A stretch of 64,000 bases of DNA, taken from assembly GCA_038530285.1 (NCBI GenBank), contig JBCBCY010000012.1, positions 3,850-67,849 on the forward strand, read 5' to 3'. Under the pieces are notes generated by a model. That model was not told the DNA's origin. It made no database searches and was given only the letters and a program-made list of their open reading frames with translations. Below are positions 27,693 to 37,687 of the stretch, in pieces. The first letter of the stretch is position 1; each line of letters opens with the position of its first letter. This DNA comes from Pseudomonadota bacterium. GTDB taxonomy: Bacteria > Pseudomonadota > Alphaproteobacteria > Rhodobacterales > Rhodobacteraceae. Both the position numbers and the translations under genes were made by a program.

Positions 27693-28025
27693 ATGATTGA
27701 TTGGGAACGTGTGATGGACCTCCGCGAAGAGGTTGGCCCGGATGATTTTATGGAAGTGGCTGAGCTTTTTTTGAGTGAGGTTGGCAGCGTGCTCGAACGC
27801 CTTGCTCAGGTGATCAATGTGAACACGCTGGAAAACGACATGCACTTTCTCAAAGGTGCCGCTCTCAATCTGGGATTCGCAGATTTCGCGCAAATGTGCC
27901 GCGAAGGTGAACAGAAAGCAGCGGCCGCCAACTTCGGGGCAATCGACATTGGCGCCGTGATCGCATGTTTCAACGCATCGCGCGACAGCTTCGTCACCGG
28001 ACTGGCCCAACGCATGGCCAGTTGA
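27693..28025 (+). CDS. Hpt (histidine phosphotransfer) domain protein
   Basis: 110 aa, helical, with the phosphorylatable-His motif HFLKGAALNLG. Divergent from the REC-PP2C gene. Confidence 0.82.
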   Translation: MIDWERVMDLREEVGPDDFMEVAELFLSEVGSVLERLAQVINVNTLENDMHFLKGAALNLGFADFAQMCREGEQKAAAANFGAIDIGAVIACFNASRDSFVTGLAQRMAS

Positions 28026-28105
28026 CAACGCTGGGTTGCCCGGGCCTTGCCGCCCCGCCCAAAAAGGCCTAAGCCGCGCCCCGCAGCACTGCAGGGGACA
28101 ATACG

Positions 28106-29323
28106 ATGTCGGCGCCAAAGAAAGTCGTTCTGGCCTATTCCGGAGGCCTTGATACATCGATCATCCTCAAATGGCTTGAGATTGAATATGGCTGTGAGGT
28201 CGTGACCTTCACCGCCGATCTTGGCCAAGGGGAAGAATTGGAGCCGGCCCGCGCCAAGGCAGAACTTCTCGGCGTCAAAGAAATCTACATTGAAGATCTG
28301 CGGGAAGAATTCACCCGTGGCTTCGTGTTCCCGATGTTTCGCGCCAACGCCGTTTACGAGGGGCTGTATCTTCTGGGCACCTCAATCGCGCGGCCGTTAA
28401 TCTCGAAAAGGCTGGTGGAAATTGCCGCCGAAACCGGTGCTGATGCCGTAGCCCACGGTGCCACCGGCAAGGGCAACGACCAGGTCAGGTTCGAATTGTC
28501 GGCCTATGCGCTGAACCCCGATATCAAAGTCATCGCCCCCTGGCGCGAATGGGACCTGTCGTCGCGCACCAAGCTGATCGAATTTGCCGAAGCCCACCAG
28601 ATTCCCATCGCCAAGGACAAACGCGGCGAGGCACCGTTTTCGGTTGATGCGAACCTTTTGCACACCTCATCGGAAGGCAAAGCGCTCGAAGATCCGGCCG
28701 CTGAAGCACCCGATTACGTCTACCAGCGCACCACCCATCCCGAGGACGCGCCCGACACGCCAGAATTTATCGAGGTTGGGTTCGAACGCGGCGACGCGGT
28801 CTCAATCAATGGCGAGGCTTTGTCGCCGGCGGCAGTGTTGACCAAGCTGAATGAGATCGGTGGCAAACACGGCGTTGGCCGGCTTGACCTGGTCGAAGGC
28901 CGCTTCGTTGGAATGAAATCCCGCGGCATCTATGAAACGCCTGGCGGGACAGTGCTGCTGGAAGCACATCGCGGGATTGAACAAATCACCCTCGACCGGG
29001 GGGCGGCCCATCTAAAAGATGAGCTGATGCCGCGCTACGCCGAACTGATCTACAACGGCTTCTGGTTCAGCCCCGAGCGGGAAATGCTGCAAGCGGCGAT
29101 CGACAAAAGCCAAGAACATGTCACCGGCACGGTGCGGATGAAACTTTACAAAGGGTCGGTGCGCACCGTTGGGCGCTGGTCTGATCATTCGCTGTACTCG
29201 GAAGCGCACGTCACCTTCGAAGACGATGCTGGCGCCTATGACCAGAAAGACGCAGCAGGTTTCATCAAGCTCAACGCGCTGCGTTTGAAACTGCTGGCCG
29301 CACGCGACAAGCGGATCAAGTAA
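28106..29323 (+). CDS. argG: Argininosuccinate synthase
   Basis: 405 aa with [12 protein letters not shown]-binding motif, [14 protein letters not shown] and [18 protein letters not shown]. Confidence 0.97.
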   Translation: MSAPKKVVLAYSGGLDTSIILKWLEIEYGCEVVTFTADLGQGEELEPARAKAELLGVKEIYIEDLREEFTRGFVFPMFRANAVYEGLYLLGTSIARPLISKRLVEIAAETGADAVAHGATGKGNDQVRFELSAYALNPDIKVIAPWREWDLSSRTKLIEFAEAHQIPIAKDKRGEAPFSVDANLLHTSSEGKALEDPAAEAPDYVYQRTTHPEDAPDTPEFIEVGFERGDAVSINGEALSPAAVLTKLNEIGGKHGVGRLDLVEGRFVGMKSRGIYETPGGTVLLEAHRGIEQITLDRGAAHLKDELMPRYAELIYNGFWFSPEREMLQAAIDKSQEHVTGTVRMKLYKGSVRTVGRWSDHSLYSEAHVTFEDDAGAYDQKDAAGFIKLNALRLKLLAARDKRIK

Positions 29324-30020
29324 GCACGCGGTCCGACAACGCGCGGTAGAGCGGCATCGCCGCATCACACAGCGCCTGCGCCTGACCCGTCAATTCCGGC
29401 AACGGGCCTTCGGGTCCCGCAAACCCGGTTGAGCGATGCACCGCATCATACCAATGGGACGCCCAGACACCGTCAAAGGGTTTCGGGCCTTCGGGCCAGG
29501 CCAGCATGGCCGGCGAGAACCCGAACCCCATCGCGTCGCATAGCCTTTTCAAAGCCCGCGCTGGATCACGGCGAATATCGTCACCGTCGACAACAATCCC
29601 ACCCAACTGGTCCAGCAACGCAAGCTGTTGGGGAAGCCCGATGTCTTCCAGCGTCGGGGCCGCACGCTTTTTTGCATAACTGGCAATCACCCGCGCGGGA
29701 TGGCGGATCAGGTGGACATTCACACAGTCTTCGGCCCAATCCAGCGGAAATCCAGCCAGCATGTGATGGGTCAGAAGTTTGAAGTAACTATAGGGTTTGC
29801 GCATCTGGCCACCCAGTAGTCCCGATACCACCGCGGCCGGGTCGGCTGGTTGCGACGCCAAAATCGCGTCCCGCATCGGGTGGTCCGACCCCGACCGCGA
29901 GAGATAGGCCGCATAAAACGGCTCATCCCACACGGCGCAATCGCCCCGGGCGGCGAAGGCGTACATCATGGCCGTCGAAAGGTTTCGCGGCCCGGACCAG
30001 CAAGCAATTTTCATGTGCAT
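29316..30020 (-). CDS. Sulfotransferase-like / P-loop-like hypothetical protein
   Basis: 234 aa. The N-terminal [10 protein letters not shown] resembles a PAPS-binding 5'-PSB loop and a later [10 protein letters not shown] block. The family assignment is tentative. The 3' end overlaps argG by 8 bp. Confidence 0.55.
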   Translation of the reverse strand: MHMKIACWSGPRNLSTAMMYAFAARGDCAVWDEPFYAAYLSRSGSDHPMRDAILASQPADPAAVVSGLLGGQMRKPYSYFKLLTHHMLAGFPLDWAEDCVNVHLIRHPARVIASYAKKRAAPTLEDIGLPQQLALLDQLGGIVVDGDDIRRDPARALKRLCDAMGFGFSPAMLAWPEGPKPFDGVWASHWYDAVHRSTGFAGPEGPLPELTGQAQALCDAAMPLYRALSDRVLT

Positions 30021-30182
30021 TCAGAACGTATGACAAATTGTAGTCGAAGCGTATGACACGCGACCCAAACCGCCGCCAGCGCCCGCGTTTCAGCTTTTCA
30101 CCTCTGCGTGACCTCAAGGCGCTGTGAATTGCCAGACGCGGCCCACCCCGACAAGTTGCCCCCAACATGATTGGAGGGACCA

Positions 30183-30839
30183 ATGACCCTAACACTAAAT
30201 GCTTTGAAGCCTTTGATGCTGTCGATCGCGATTCTTGCCGGGCTGGCCGTTCAATGCGGCCAGGCCAAGGCGCAATCCGGCGATGTCGCAATTTTCGCAG
30301 GCGGCTGTTTCTGGTGCGTCGAGGCTGACTTCGAGAAGGTGCGCGGCGTTGGCGATGCCGTCTCGGGGTTTACCGGCGGGTCGACGGGCACGCCGAGCTA
30401 CCGCAACTCAGGCGATCACATCGAAGCGGTTCGGATTCCGTTTAACTCCGGTCAGGTCAGCTATCAGCAATTGGTCAGCCTGTTTTTCCGCTCAGTCGAT
30501 GTGTTCGACGCCGGCGGTCAGTTCTGCGACCGGGGCCGCGAATACACCACAGCGATCTTTTATGCCAATGATGCCCAGCGCCAGGCGGCCGAAGCCGAAA
30601 AGGCCCGGGCCGAACGCCAGCTCGGTCGGTCGATCGTCACACCCATTCTGCCTGCCAGCCAGTTCTACCCGGTTGGCGCCTATCATCAGGATTACTACAA
30701 ACAATCGTCCATCGTGGTGACGCGCCGGGGCCCCAAAACCAAGGCGGAAGCCTACAAGTTTTATCGCAACGCCTGCGGGCGCGACCAACGCGTCCGCGAG
30801 ATCTGGGGCAACCGTGCCGCCTTTGCGGGCAACAGCTAG
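30183..30839 (+). CDS. msrA: Peptide-methionine (S)-S-oxide reductase MsrA with N-terminal signal peptide
   Basis: Active site GGCFWCVE. ATG at 30183 is preceded by GGAGGG. The N-terminus MTLTLNALKPLMLSIAILAGLAVQCGQAKA looks like a Sec signal. Confidence 0.9.
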   Translation: MTLTLNALKPLMLSIAILAGLAVQCGQAKAQSGDVAIFAGGCFWCVEADFEKVRGVGDAVSGFTGGSTGTPSYRNSGDHIEAVRIPFNSGQVSYQQLVSLFFRSVDVFDAGGQFCDRGREYTTAIFYANDAQRQAAEAEKARAERQLGRSIVTPILPASQFYPVGAYHQDYYKQSSIVVTRRGPKTKAEAYKFYRNACGRDQRVREIWGNRAAFAGNS

Positions 30840-30880
30840 CCGCCGCCCTCTTAGGCCGATGGCTATCCGATCGGCGGCGG
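30840..30880. terminator. Long imperfect hairpin between convergent msrA and maeB
   Basis: CCGCCGCC (30840-30847) pairs with GGCGGCGG (30873-30880), with an inner GCCGAT/ATCGGC pairing. Only a weak T-tract follows, so terminator function is uncertain. Confidence 0.35.
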
Positions 30881-30882
30881 TT

Positions 30883-33138
30883 CTAATCCGTCGCCGACGC
30901 CGCCAGAAGCGCCATGTTCAAGATGTCATTCGTTGTCGCCACGGTCGAACAGATCTGGATCGGCTTATCGACCCCGGTCAGGATTGGCCCGATCACGGTC
31001 GCCCCCGCGAGCTCCTGCATCAGCTTCACTGAGATCGAGGCGGAATGCCGCGCGGGCACCACCAACACATTCGCAGGGCCCGTCAGGCGGGAAAACGGAT
31101 AGGCGGCCATCGCCTCCATGTTCAGGGCCACATCGACGGTCATGTCGCCTTCGTATTCGAAATCCACACCCATCTCGTCCAGCACACGCGGCGCGTGGTG
31201 CATCTTTTCGGCCCGTTCCGACCGCGGATAGCCAAAGGTCGAAAACGACACGAAAGCCACGCGCGGCTCAAGGCCAAGCATCCGCGCGACCTCTGCGCCT
31301 TTGGTGGCAATATGCGCCAGATCGGTTTCGCTTGGCCATTCATGCACCAGGGTATCGGCGATCAACACCACGCGACCCTTGTGCAGCACCGCAGTGACGC
31401 CCACGGCCCCATCTTCGGCGCCAGCATCAAAGACATGGTTGATCAGCCCCAGAACATGCGCTGACTTTCGCGTCGCGCCGGTCACCAGGGCGTCGCCATG
31501 CCCATGGGCGAGCATCAGCGCAGAAAAAACATGCCGATCACGGGCCGCAAGCCGGTGGATATCCTGCGCATCATAGCCATCGCGCTGCAACCGGTCGTAC
31601 AAAAAGCCTTTGTAGATTTCCAACTGATCGGTGTTTGCCGCGTTGACGACCTGGATGTCAGTGTAGGCATCCGCGAGACCTTCTGCGTCGAGCTTCTGGC
31701 GCACGTCATCTTCGCGCCCGACCACAAGCGCTTCCCCCATACCACCGCGCGCATAGGCCACTGCCGCGCGCAAGACCCGGCTGTCGTCGCCTTCGGCAAA
31801 GATCATGCGCGCCTGTTTGGCCCGTGCCCGGGTGTTGATCGACCGCAGCATGTTGGCGGTGGGGTCCATGCGGGCCTTCAGGCTCAACTCATACGCGTCG
31901 AAATCAACGATCGGCCGGCGCGCGGCACCTGTGTCGATGCCGGCCCGCGCGACGGCAGGCGGGATCACGTGGATCAGGCGCGGATCAAACGGCGTCGGAA
32001 TGATATAGTCGCGCCCAAACGCCAGCTTTCGCCCATACGCCATGGCAACCTCGTCGGGCACATCTTCGCGCGCCAGCCGCGCCAAAGCATGGGCGCAGGC
32101 GATCTTCATTTCATCATTGATCGCGCGGGCATGAATATCCAGCGCTCCGCGAAAAAGGTAGGGAAAGCCCAGAACGTTATTGACCTGATTGGGATAATCC
32201 GACCGACCCGTCGCCACGATTGCATCCTCGCGCACGGCATGGGCCTCTTCCGGTGTAATCTCGGGGTCGGGGTTCGCCATAGCGAAAATAACCGGGTTTT
32301 CCGCCATGTTAGAGACCATTTCAGGCGTCACGGCCCCTTTGACAGACACGCCCAGAAAGACATCGGCGCCTTTCATTGCGTCTTCGAGGGTGCGCAGCTC
32401 CGTCGTGATCGCATGGCCCGATTTCCACTGGTTCATCCCTTCGGTCCGGCCTTGGAAGATCACGCCTTTGGTGTCGCAAACCACGCAGTTTTCATGCCGC
32501 GCGCCCATGGATTTCAAAAGCTCGATACAGGCGATGCCCGCCGCGCCCGCGCCATTCAGAACGATGCGCACGTCCTCGATTTTCTTGCCTGAGATATGCA
32601 GCGCATTTATCAGCCCGGCCGCACAGATCACCGCCGTGCCGTGCTGGTCATCATGAAAGACGGGGATGTCCATCTCTTCCTTCAGTCGCTGCTCGATCAT
32701 GAAGCATTCAGGCGCCTTGATGTCTTCCAGGTTGATGCCGCCAAAGGTTGGCCCCATCAGCCGCACCGCCTGGCAAAACGCATCGACATCTTCGGTGTCG
32801 AGCTCAATATCGATGGAGTTCACATCGGCGAACCGTTTGAACAGGACCGACTTGCCCTCCATCACCGGTTTCGACCCTAACGCGCCCAAATTGCCCAGGC
32901 CCAGCACGGCTGTGCCGTTCGAAATCACCGCGACCAGATTGCCCTTGTTGGTGTAGTCGTACGCCGTTTCGGGGTTTTCCGCGATTTCCTCACAAGGGAC
33001 AGCAACGCCCGGCGAATAGGCCAGCGACAGATCGCGCTGGGTCATCATCGGCACCGTCGCCTGAATCTCAAACTTGCCGGGGCTTGGGTGCATATGAAAC
33101 GAAAGTGCGTCTTCGCGTGTGAGCTTGTTGTCTGGCAT
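30883..33138 (-). CDS. maeB: NADP-dependent malic enzyme (malic enzyme + phosphotransacetylase-like domain)
   Basis: About 751 aa. N-terminal malic enzyme region (LSLAYSPGVA, NGAGAAGIAC NAD(P) motif) and a C-terminal PTA-like domain. ATG at 33138 is preceded by GGAGG. Confidence 0.93.
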   Translation of the reverse strand: MPDNKLTREDALSFHMHPSPGKFEIQATVPMMTQRDLSLAYSPGVAVPCEEIAENPETAYDYTNKGNLVAVISNGTAVLGLGNLGALGSKPVMEGKSVLFKRFADVNSIDIELDTEDVDAFCQAVRLMGPTFGGINLEDIKAPECFMIEQRLKEEMDIPVFHDDQHGTAVICAAGLINALHISGKKIEDVRIVLNGAGAAGIACIELLKSMGARHENCVVCDTKGVIFQGRTEGMNQWKSGHAITTELRTLEDAMKGADVFLGVSVKGAVTPEMVSNMAENPVIFAMANPDPEITPEEAHAVREDAIVATGRSDYPNQVNNVLGFPYLFRGALDIHARAINDEMKIACAHALARLAREDVPDEVAMAYGRKLAFGRDYIIPTPFDPRLIHVIPPAVARAGIDTGAARRPIVDFDAYELSLKARMDPTANMLRSINTRARAKQARMIFAEGDDSRVLRAAVAYARGGMGEALVVGREDDVRQKLDAEGLADAYTDIQVVNAANTDQLEIYKGFLYDRLQRDGYDAQDIHRLAARDRHVFSALMLAHGHGDALVTGATRKSAHVLGLINHVFDAGAEDGAVGVTAVLHKGRVVLIADTLVHEWPSETDLAHIATKGAEVARMLGLEPRVAFVSFSTFGYPRSERAEKMHHAPRVLDEMGVDFEYEGDMTVDVALNMEAMAAYPFSRLTGPANVLVVPARHSASISVKLMQELAGATVIGPILTGVDKPIQICSTVATTNDILNMALLAASATD

Positions 33139-33263
33139 GAAATCCTCCCGGACAACCCGCATAGCGGTGCCAATTGCCCACATCAACGCGTGTTTTTGCT
33201 GTTTCCCAGATAGGGCGTTTGGCGTAAGGTTTCATACCATATTTGGGGGCTGCTGCCGTGAAC

Positions 33264-35891
33264 ATGGCCAAATCAACCGTCACGCCGATGATGGCGCAAT
33301 ATCTTGAGATCAAGGCGGAGCACGGCGATGACCTGTTGTTCTACCGCATGGGCGACTTTTACGAGCTGTTTTTTGACGACGCGGTGAAGGCCGCAGACGC
33401 GCTGGATATCGCCCTGACCAAACGCGGCAAGCATCTGGGCGACGACATTGCGATGTGCGGTGTGCCGGTCCATGCCGCCGAGGCGTATTTGCTGACGCTG
33501 ATCCGCAAGGGCTTCCGTGTGGCGGTGTGCGAACAGACCGAAAGCCCGGCGGAGGCGAAAAAGCGCGGTTCAAAATCCGTGGTCCGGCGCGAGGTGGTGC
33601 GGGTTGTGACCCCCGGCACCCTGACTGAGGAAAGCTTGCTGTCACCGCGCCAGCACAACTACCTTTGCGCGTTGGCCGAAGTCAGGGGCGAGTTCGCTCT
33701 GGCCTGGACAGATATGTCCACCGGCGCCCTTACGGTGATGCCGCTTGAGGCCGACCATGTTTCGGCAGAACTGGCACGCCTGGCCCCGCGTGAAGTTTTG
33801 GTCCCCGAAAGGCTGTTTTCCGAATGGGACGGGCCGATCACCGAAGCGGGGGCGGCGACCACGCCGCTTTTTGGGAATGCGTTTGAGTCGACCTCAGCCG
33901 AGCGGCGGTTGTGCGAGGTTTTTGCAGTCGCCTCGCTTGACGGGTTTGCCGCATTCGGGCGGTCAGATCTGGCTGCCTTGGGCGCGCTGGTGGAATACAC
34001 GCTTTTGACCCAGAAAGGGGCCGCGCCCCGGCTGACACCGCCACGACGCGAAAACCGCGCCGATGCAATGTCCATCGATGCCGCCACGCGCAGAAATCTG
34101 GAACTGACCGAGAAACTGTCGGGCGGTCGCGCGGGGTCATTGATTGATTGTATAGACAAGACCGTCACGCCTGTGGGCGCGCGGGCCTTACAGGGCCGGA
34201 TTGCGGCACCGTCTTGTGATGTGGCCGAGATTGAAGCGCGTCTGGACGCTGTCGCTGCCATGCTCGACCGCGCCGATGCGGCCAACACGATGCATTCAGC
34301 GTTGCAGAATGTGCCGGATCTGGAACGCGCCATCTCGCGACTGGCCCTGGACCGCGGCGGGCCGCGTGACCTGGCCGCCGTCCGCGCTGCGCTGGTGGCC
34401 GCGCGCGATATTGCCAAGGATGCATCGGGCGATTGGCCACGGAAAATCGCTGATGCCCTCGCTTGGCTTCAGGGGCAAGACACGCTGCGCGAGGCCCTTG
34501 AAACGATGCTGGTGCACGAACCGCCACATTTTGCGCGCGATGGCGGTTTCATTGCTGCGGGCGTGGATGCCGCGCTGGACGAGGCCCGGGTGCTGCGCGA
34601 TGAAAGCCGGGGCGTGATTGCGGGTCTTCAGGCGCAATACGCCGACGCCACAGGGGTTGCTGCGCTGAAGATCAAGCACAACAACGTGCTGGGCTATTTC
34701 ATCGAAACCACTGCGACCCATGCGGACAAAATGCTGTCGCCGCCTTTGTCCGAAAGCTTCGCGCACCGCCAGACCACCGCGAATGCGGTCCGGTTCACCA
34801 CCGCTGAACTGGCCGACCTGGAAACCCGCATTCTGTCGGCTGCCGAGGAAGCGCAAAAGATTGAAATGCGTCTCTATTCCAGCCTGAAAGCGCAGATTCT
34901 AAGCGCAGCTCCCGCGCTGGCAAGCGTTGCCCTGGCACTGGCTGAGATTGATATCGCCGTGGCAGGCGCCCGACTTGCGACTGCGCAGGGGTGGACCCGC
35001 CCAGTCGTAGATGACAGCCGGATGTTTGCCATCACAGACGGGCGTCATCCCGTTGTCGAAGCCGCACTTGATGCAGAGGGCGCGCGCTTTATCGCCAATG
35101 ATTGTACGCTGTCAGATGGGTCGGATGGGGCCGACATCTGGCTAATCACCGGCCCGAACATGGCAGGTAAATCGACCTTTCTTCGCCAGAACGCGCTGAT
35201 CGCGGTGCTGGCCCAGGCCGGGATGTATGTGCCCGCCACCAGCGCACATATCGGGGTGGTGACCCAGTTGTTCAGCCGCGTGGGTGCGGCCGATGATCTG
35301 GCACGCGGGCGGTCGACCTTCATGGTCGAAATGGTCGAAACCGCCGCGATCCTGAACCAGGCTGACCCCAGCGCGCTGGTCATCCTTGATGAAATCGGCC
35401 GTGGCACGGCCACCTATGACGGGCTGTCGATTGCCTGGGCGACGCTGGAGCATTTGCACGAGGTGAATGGTACACGGGCACTGTTCGCGACCCACTACCA
35501 TGAATTGGGCGCGCTTGTTGAAAAGCTGCCCGGTCTGCGCGCGGCCCATGTCGCCGCCGAAGAGGCGGATGACGAGGTGATTTTCCTGCATGAGGTGCGC
35601 GAAGGCGCAGCAGATCGGTCTTACGGGGTACAGGTCGCGCGTCTGGCCGGCCTTCCGGACGCAGTCATTGCCCGCGCCCGCGATGTCCTGGCATCGTTGG
35701 AAGACAGTGACGCAGGCGGGCCAAAGGCGGTCGTGGATGATTTGCCCCTGTTTTTGGCAGCGCCTTCGCAAGCGCCTGCCAAGACTGCGCCCACAAAAAC
35801 TGACGAATTACTGGCAGAAATCAACCCTGATGAATTGACCCCGCGCGAGGCGTTGGATCTGCTTTACAAGCTGAAAGGGGAACCAGGCTGA
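33264..35891 (+). CDS. mutS: DNA mismatch repair protein MutS
   Basis: TPMMAQYLEIK N-terminus, Walker A GPNMAGKST, ILDEIGRGTATYDGL and THYHEL. ATG at 33264; the track ORF starts at a TTG at 33243. Confidence 0.96.
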   Translation: MAKSTVTPMMAQYLEIKAEHGDDLLFYRMGDFYELFFDDAVKAADALDIALTKRGKHLGDDIAMCGVPVHAAEAYLLTLIRKGFRVAVCEQTESPAEAKKRGSKSVVRREVVRVVTPGTLTEESLLSPRQHNYLCALAEVRGEFALAWTDMSTGALTVMPLEADHVSAELARLAPREVLVPERLFSEWDGPITEAGAATTPLFGNAFESTSAERRLCEVFAVASLDGFAAFGRSDLAALGALVEYTLLTQKGAAPRLTPPRRENRADAMSIDAATRRNLELTEKLSGGRAGSLIDCIDKTVTPVGARALQGRIAAPSCDVAEIEARLDAVAAMLDRADAANTMHSALQNVPDLERAISRLALDRGGPRDLAAVRAALVAARDIAKDASGDWPRKIADALAWLQGQDTLREALETMLVHEPPHFARDGGFIAAGVDAALDEARVLRDESRGVIAGLQAQYADATGVAALKIKHNNVLGYFIETTATHADKMLSPPLSESFAHRQTTANAVRFTTAELADLETRILSAAEEAQKIEMRLYSSLKAQILSAAPALASVALALAEIDIAVAGARLATAQGWTRPVVDDSRMFAITDGRHPVVEAALDAEGARFIANDCTLSDGSDGADIWLITGPNMAGKSTFLRQNALIAVLAQAGMYVPATSAHIGVVTQLFSRVGAADDLARGRSTFMVEMVETAAILNQADPSALVILDEIGRGTATYDGLSIAWATLEHLHEVNGTRALFATHYHELGALVEKLPGLRAAHVAAEEADDEVIFLHEVREGAADRSYGVQVARLAGLPDAVIARARDVLASLEDSDAGGPKAVVDDLPLFLAAPSQAPAKTAPTKTDELLAEINPDELTPREALDLLYKLKGEPG

Positions 35892-35904
35892 AGCTCGGCT
35901 TACG

Positions 35905-36510
35905 TTAGCCGGCAGGCGTTGAACTGACACCAACCTGTGCGGGCCGCAAAAGCCGATCATGCAGGATGAAGCCATCGGCCATCACCTGAATGATATCGCC
36001 AGCCTTGGTGCCGGGTACGGGGGCTTCAAACATCGCCTGATGCAGCTGCGGATCAAACTTTTCGCCGACTTCTGGTGTGATAGGGTCGATTCCGTGCTTC
36101 TTGAACACGCTGATCAGCTCTTTGAGCGTCAACTCAACGCCTTCCATGACGGGGCCGGCCACCGCTTTTTGTTCGTCGGTGATCGTCTCCAACGCGCGCT
36201 TGAGGTTGTCGAACACGGGCAGCATATCACGTGACAGCTTCGCGCCGCCGTATTGCTCAGCCTCTCGCCGGTCCCGTTCGCCGCGCTTGCGAGCATTCTC
36301 GGCGTCTGCAAGGGCGCGCATGAACCTGTCGCGCATATCATCGCGTTCAGCGGTCAGCTTCTCGATCGTCTCATCGATGCCCGCATCCATATCCGCCATG
36401 ATGTCGATGGGCTCTTCCGCCCCTGTGTCTTCAGCCAGCGGATCGTGCATTTTGATGCCGTCTTCTTCAATCTCGGTTTGGGTCTCAGGTTTCTTCTTTG
36501 CGTCTGTCAT
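35905..36510 (-). CDS. grpE: Nucleotide exchange factor GrpE
   Basis: 201 aa. Acidic N-terminus, coiled coil (RALADAENARKR) and a C-terminal beta-domain (GDIIQVMADGFILHDRLLRPA). Confidence 0.93.
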   Translation of the reverse strand: MTDAKKKPETQTEIEEDGIKMHDPLAEDTGAEEPIDIMADMDAGIDETIEKLTAERDDMRDRFMRALADAENARKRGERDRREAEQYGGAKLSRDMLPVFDNLKRALETITDEQKAVAGPVMEGVELTLKELISVFKKHGIDPITPEVGEKFDPQLHQAMFEAPVPGTKAGDIIQVMADGFILHDRLLRPAQVGVSSTPAG

Positions 36511-36522
36511 GCCTGCTATCCG

Positions 36523-37587
36523 TCAGCCTTGATCCGTCAATATCCGGCCCACCAGATGCGCCGTGTAATCTACAATCGGGACAATCCGCCCGTAATTCAG
36601 ACGCGTCGGTCCAATGACACCGACCGCGCCCACAATCTTGCGATCTGAGTTCATATAGGGAGAGACCACCAGAGAGGAACCGGAAAGTGAAAAAAGCTTG
36701 TTCTCAGAACCGATAAAAATGCGCACGCCCTCTCCTTCTTCCGTCAGGTCGAGAAAATCAGCGATGTCGCGCTTGCGCTCAAGGTCGTCAAAAAGCGTGC
36801 GGATGCGTTCAAGCTCCGCCTCTTCTGCGCCGTCGGCCAGAAGATTCGCCCTGCCGCGCACGATCAGCCTTTCATAGGGCTGGCCTTCATTTTCCCAAAT
36901 GGCCTGACCCGTTTCCACAAGATCGCGCGCCAAAGCGTCAAGTTCCTGCCGGTGGGTCTTGATTTCAGTCTCAATGACACCCGCAAGTTCTGACAGGGTT
37001 CGCCCCTCTGCGATGGCGTTGAGAAAATTCGCGGCCTCGCGCATGGAGGACGGCGTCTGGCCCAGCGGGGGTTGAAACACCCGGTTTTCAACATGCCCAT
37101 CGGCAAAGACCAAGACCACAAGCGCACGGTCGGGTGCGAGCGACACAAACTCGATATGCTTGATCGGGGCCTCGTGCTTGGGTGCGAGCACCAAAGACGC
37201 CCCGCGCGTCACACCCGACAGCGCCGATCCCACCCGGTCGAGCATCGCGCCCACATCGCGTTCGTTCGAACCAAGCGTCTTGTCGATCCGCTCCCGGTCA
37301 GATTCGGCAAGATCACCGACTTCCAATATTCCATCCACAAACATCCGCAGGCCGACTTCTGTGGGGACACGGCCCGCCGACACATGCGGACTTCCCAAGA
37401 GCCCCATAATCTCAAGGTCCTGCATCACATTGCGGATGGTCGCTGCAGACACGCTTTCGGACAGGGCCCGCGATAGGGTGCGTGACCCAACCGGCTCGCC
37501 GGTTTCCAGATAGCTTTCCACCAGCCTGCGAAAGACTTCGCGGCTGCGGTCATTCATCTCTGAAAGGATGGGGTTTCCGGACGACAT
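36523..37587 (-). CDS. hrcA: Heat-inducible transcription repressor HrcA
   Basis: MNDRSREVFRRLVESYLETGEPVGSRTLS winged-helix N-terminus, directly upstream of grpE. The start is uncertain: ATG at 37587 or ATG at 37557. Confidence 0.88.
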   Translation of the reverse strand: MSSGNPILSEMNDRSREVFRRLVESYLETGEPVGSRTLSRALSESVSAATIRNVMQDLEIMGLLGSPHVSAGRVPTEVGLRMFVDGILEVGDLAESDRERIDKTLGSNERDVGAMLDRVGSALSGVTRGASLVLAPKHEAPIKHIEFVSLAPDRALVVLVFADGHVENRVFQPPLGQTPSSMREAANFLNAIAEGRTLSELAGVIETEIKTHRQELDALARDLVETGQAIWENEGQPYERLIVRGRANLLADGAEEAELERIRTLFDDLERKRDIADFLDLTEEGEGVRIFIGSENKLFSLSGSSLVVSPYMNSDRKIVGAVGVIGPTRLNYGRIVPIVDYTAHLVGRILTDQG

Positions 37588-37687
37588 GGCTATACGGAAA
37601 TAAGGGCTCTGCCCCCGCTTCGTCAATCGGGGTTGCAAGGGCGGCGCTTGGCCCGGTATGGGGCCACATCCCTAAAGGAGACTGACC

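Noticed and set aside
33659-34417. 252-aa minus-strand ORF, and other antisense ORFs, inside mutS
   Set aside because: They lie entirely within mutS, are Ser/Ala/Arg-rich, and have no motifs.
37588-37687. Expected CIRCE element (TTAGCACTC-N9-GAGTGCTAA) upstream of hrcA
   Set aside because: No CIRCE-like inverted repeat is visible in the hrcA/rph divergent region. In alphaproteobacteria CIRCE usually sits upstream of groESL, which is not in this window.
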